Part shown: positions 62,700 through 64,000 of the stretch, piece after piece
How positions within the stretch are numbered: the stretch's first letter is position 1
Layout of the letters: each line of letters begins with the position of its first letter
Assembly: GCA_977017645.1 (NCBI GenBank)
Contig: OZ360230.1
Span: 39,122,001-39,186,000, forward strand
Direction: 5' to 3'
Length of the DNA stretch: 64,000 nucleotides
Source of the DNA: Torpedo marmorata
Taxonomy: Eukaryota
Made by a program: the position numbers and the translations under genes
Notes under the pieces: generated by a model
Told to the model about the DNA's origin: nothing
The model's database searches: none
What the model saw: the letters and a program-made list of their open reading frames with translations, nothing else

Positions 62700-64000
62700 G
62701 TTTTCTAACGTATTATAATATAATTTTTTTTCGATTAAATACTTCCTCTTTTCTTCTGATCTCTTCTTTTGCAAATCCTTCTCCAAAAACACGATCTCCT
62801 TCTCCAAATTATCCAATTCCTGAATATATTCCTTCTTAACTTTTGCTGAATAACTTATTATTTGACCTCTTAAATAAGCCTTTAGAGCTTCCCAAATAAT
62901 AAATTTATTGTCAATCGAATTAGAATTAATCTGTAAAAATTCTTGAATTTCTCTTCTTATATAATTACAAAAATCCATTCTTTTCAATAAAGAAGAACTA
63001 AATCTCCATCTATATATATTTTTTCTTTTTCTGGAATTATACATGACATTAATAGAGGTGAATGATCAGAAATTATTCTTGCTTTATATTGTGCTTGAGT
63101 CACCCTATCTTCTAATTGTGATGACAATAAAAACATGTCTATTCTAGAATAAGAATCATGTCTAAAAGAATAAAAGGAATAATCTTTTTCTCTTGGATTC
63201 AACTTCCTCCAAATATCTATTAAATTTAAATCTTTCATCAATGGAAAAATTAATTGAAAGATCTAAACAAAGATATTATGAATTGGGAGAAAGCTCATAA
63301 AGTGTTAGCGTGGTTTTGGAACTAAATTTATTAATTGGATTAAAACTATATATAAAGAACCCTCTGCTAGAGTGTTGACAAATGGACAAATTTCTTCAAA
63401 ATTTTTTTTGACTAGGTTAACTAGACAAGGATTCCCTTTGTCACCAGCATTGTTTATTTTAGCAATAGAATCTTTAGCAGAATTAATTAGACAAGATATT
63501 AAGATTGTAGGTATTAAAGTTGGAAAAGAAGAACATAAAATTAGTTTATTTGCAGATGATGTATTGATTTACATGACAAAACCTATTACTTCTTTAAAAC
63601 AACTGAATGTTTTATTGAGAGAATATGGGGAAGGAAATACCTGGTTATAAAATTAATTCTGATAAAAGTGAAATTATGGCATTGACACAAGGAGATTATA
63701 ATAAATGTAAAGAAATTACACGATTTAAATGGTCAAATGATGGAATTAAATATTTGGAAATAAAAACAGATACAAAATTAGCTAATTTATATAAATTAAA
63801 TTATTTACCATTATTTATGAATATTAAAAAAGATTTAGAAAGTTGGAAGGATTTACCTATAACTTTAATAGGAAGGGTAAATTGTATAAAAATGAATGTT
63901 TTTCCAAGAATTCAATATCTTTTTCAATCAATTCCTTATGAAATTCCTCAAAAATTCTTTGAAGATTTAAATTTAATTATTAGGAAATTTTTGTGGAAAG
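62700..64000. mobile_element. L1 with inverted 5' segment (62700-63240 minus; 63241 to window end plus)
   Basis: Minus: endonuclease end LIDIWR..SRIDMFL..SDHSPL to YNTL. Plus: MEKLIERSKQRYYELGE..VLAW, then a deletion, then RT (TRQGFPLSP, LFADD). Confidence 0.88.

Noticed and set aside
62157-63044. 295-aa ORF as a novel gene
   Set aside because: It is a chance in-frame junction of an inverted L1 segment and a CR1 fragment.

Overview
Vertebrate genomic DNA, repeat-dense and mostly intronic or intergenic. The HE1-like V-SINEs together with CR1, Rex1/Babar and AT-rich L1 LINEs suggest a cartilaginous fish (inference only). The window opens in a CpG-island bidirectional promoter with NRF1 and ZNF143 motifs and splice donors facing both ways. 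The only intact host CDS I can support is an intronless, divergent actin-family gene (50888-49767, minus strand). There are two disabled host-gene relics: an intron-containing EEF1AKMT3/METTL21B-like pseudogene, and a processed DDX11 5' retrocopy fused at what I recall as an exon end to a LINE-tailed non-autonomous repeat. The rest is transposons, often nested. A Chapaev3-like element contains a complete two-gene, intron-bearing PIF/Harbinger element, which in turn contains an L1 inserted on the transposase splice donor. Also present are hAT MITEs with 8-bp TSDs, Gypsy integrase/LTR pieces, solo LTRs, Penelope fragments with hammerhead-like cores, and an L1 with a twin-priming 5' inversion. 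I see no clearly new biological system; the DDX11-repeat chimera is the most novel-looking structure. Family names come from motif recall, not database searches.
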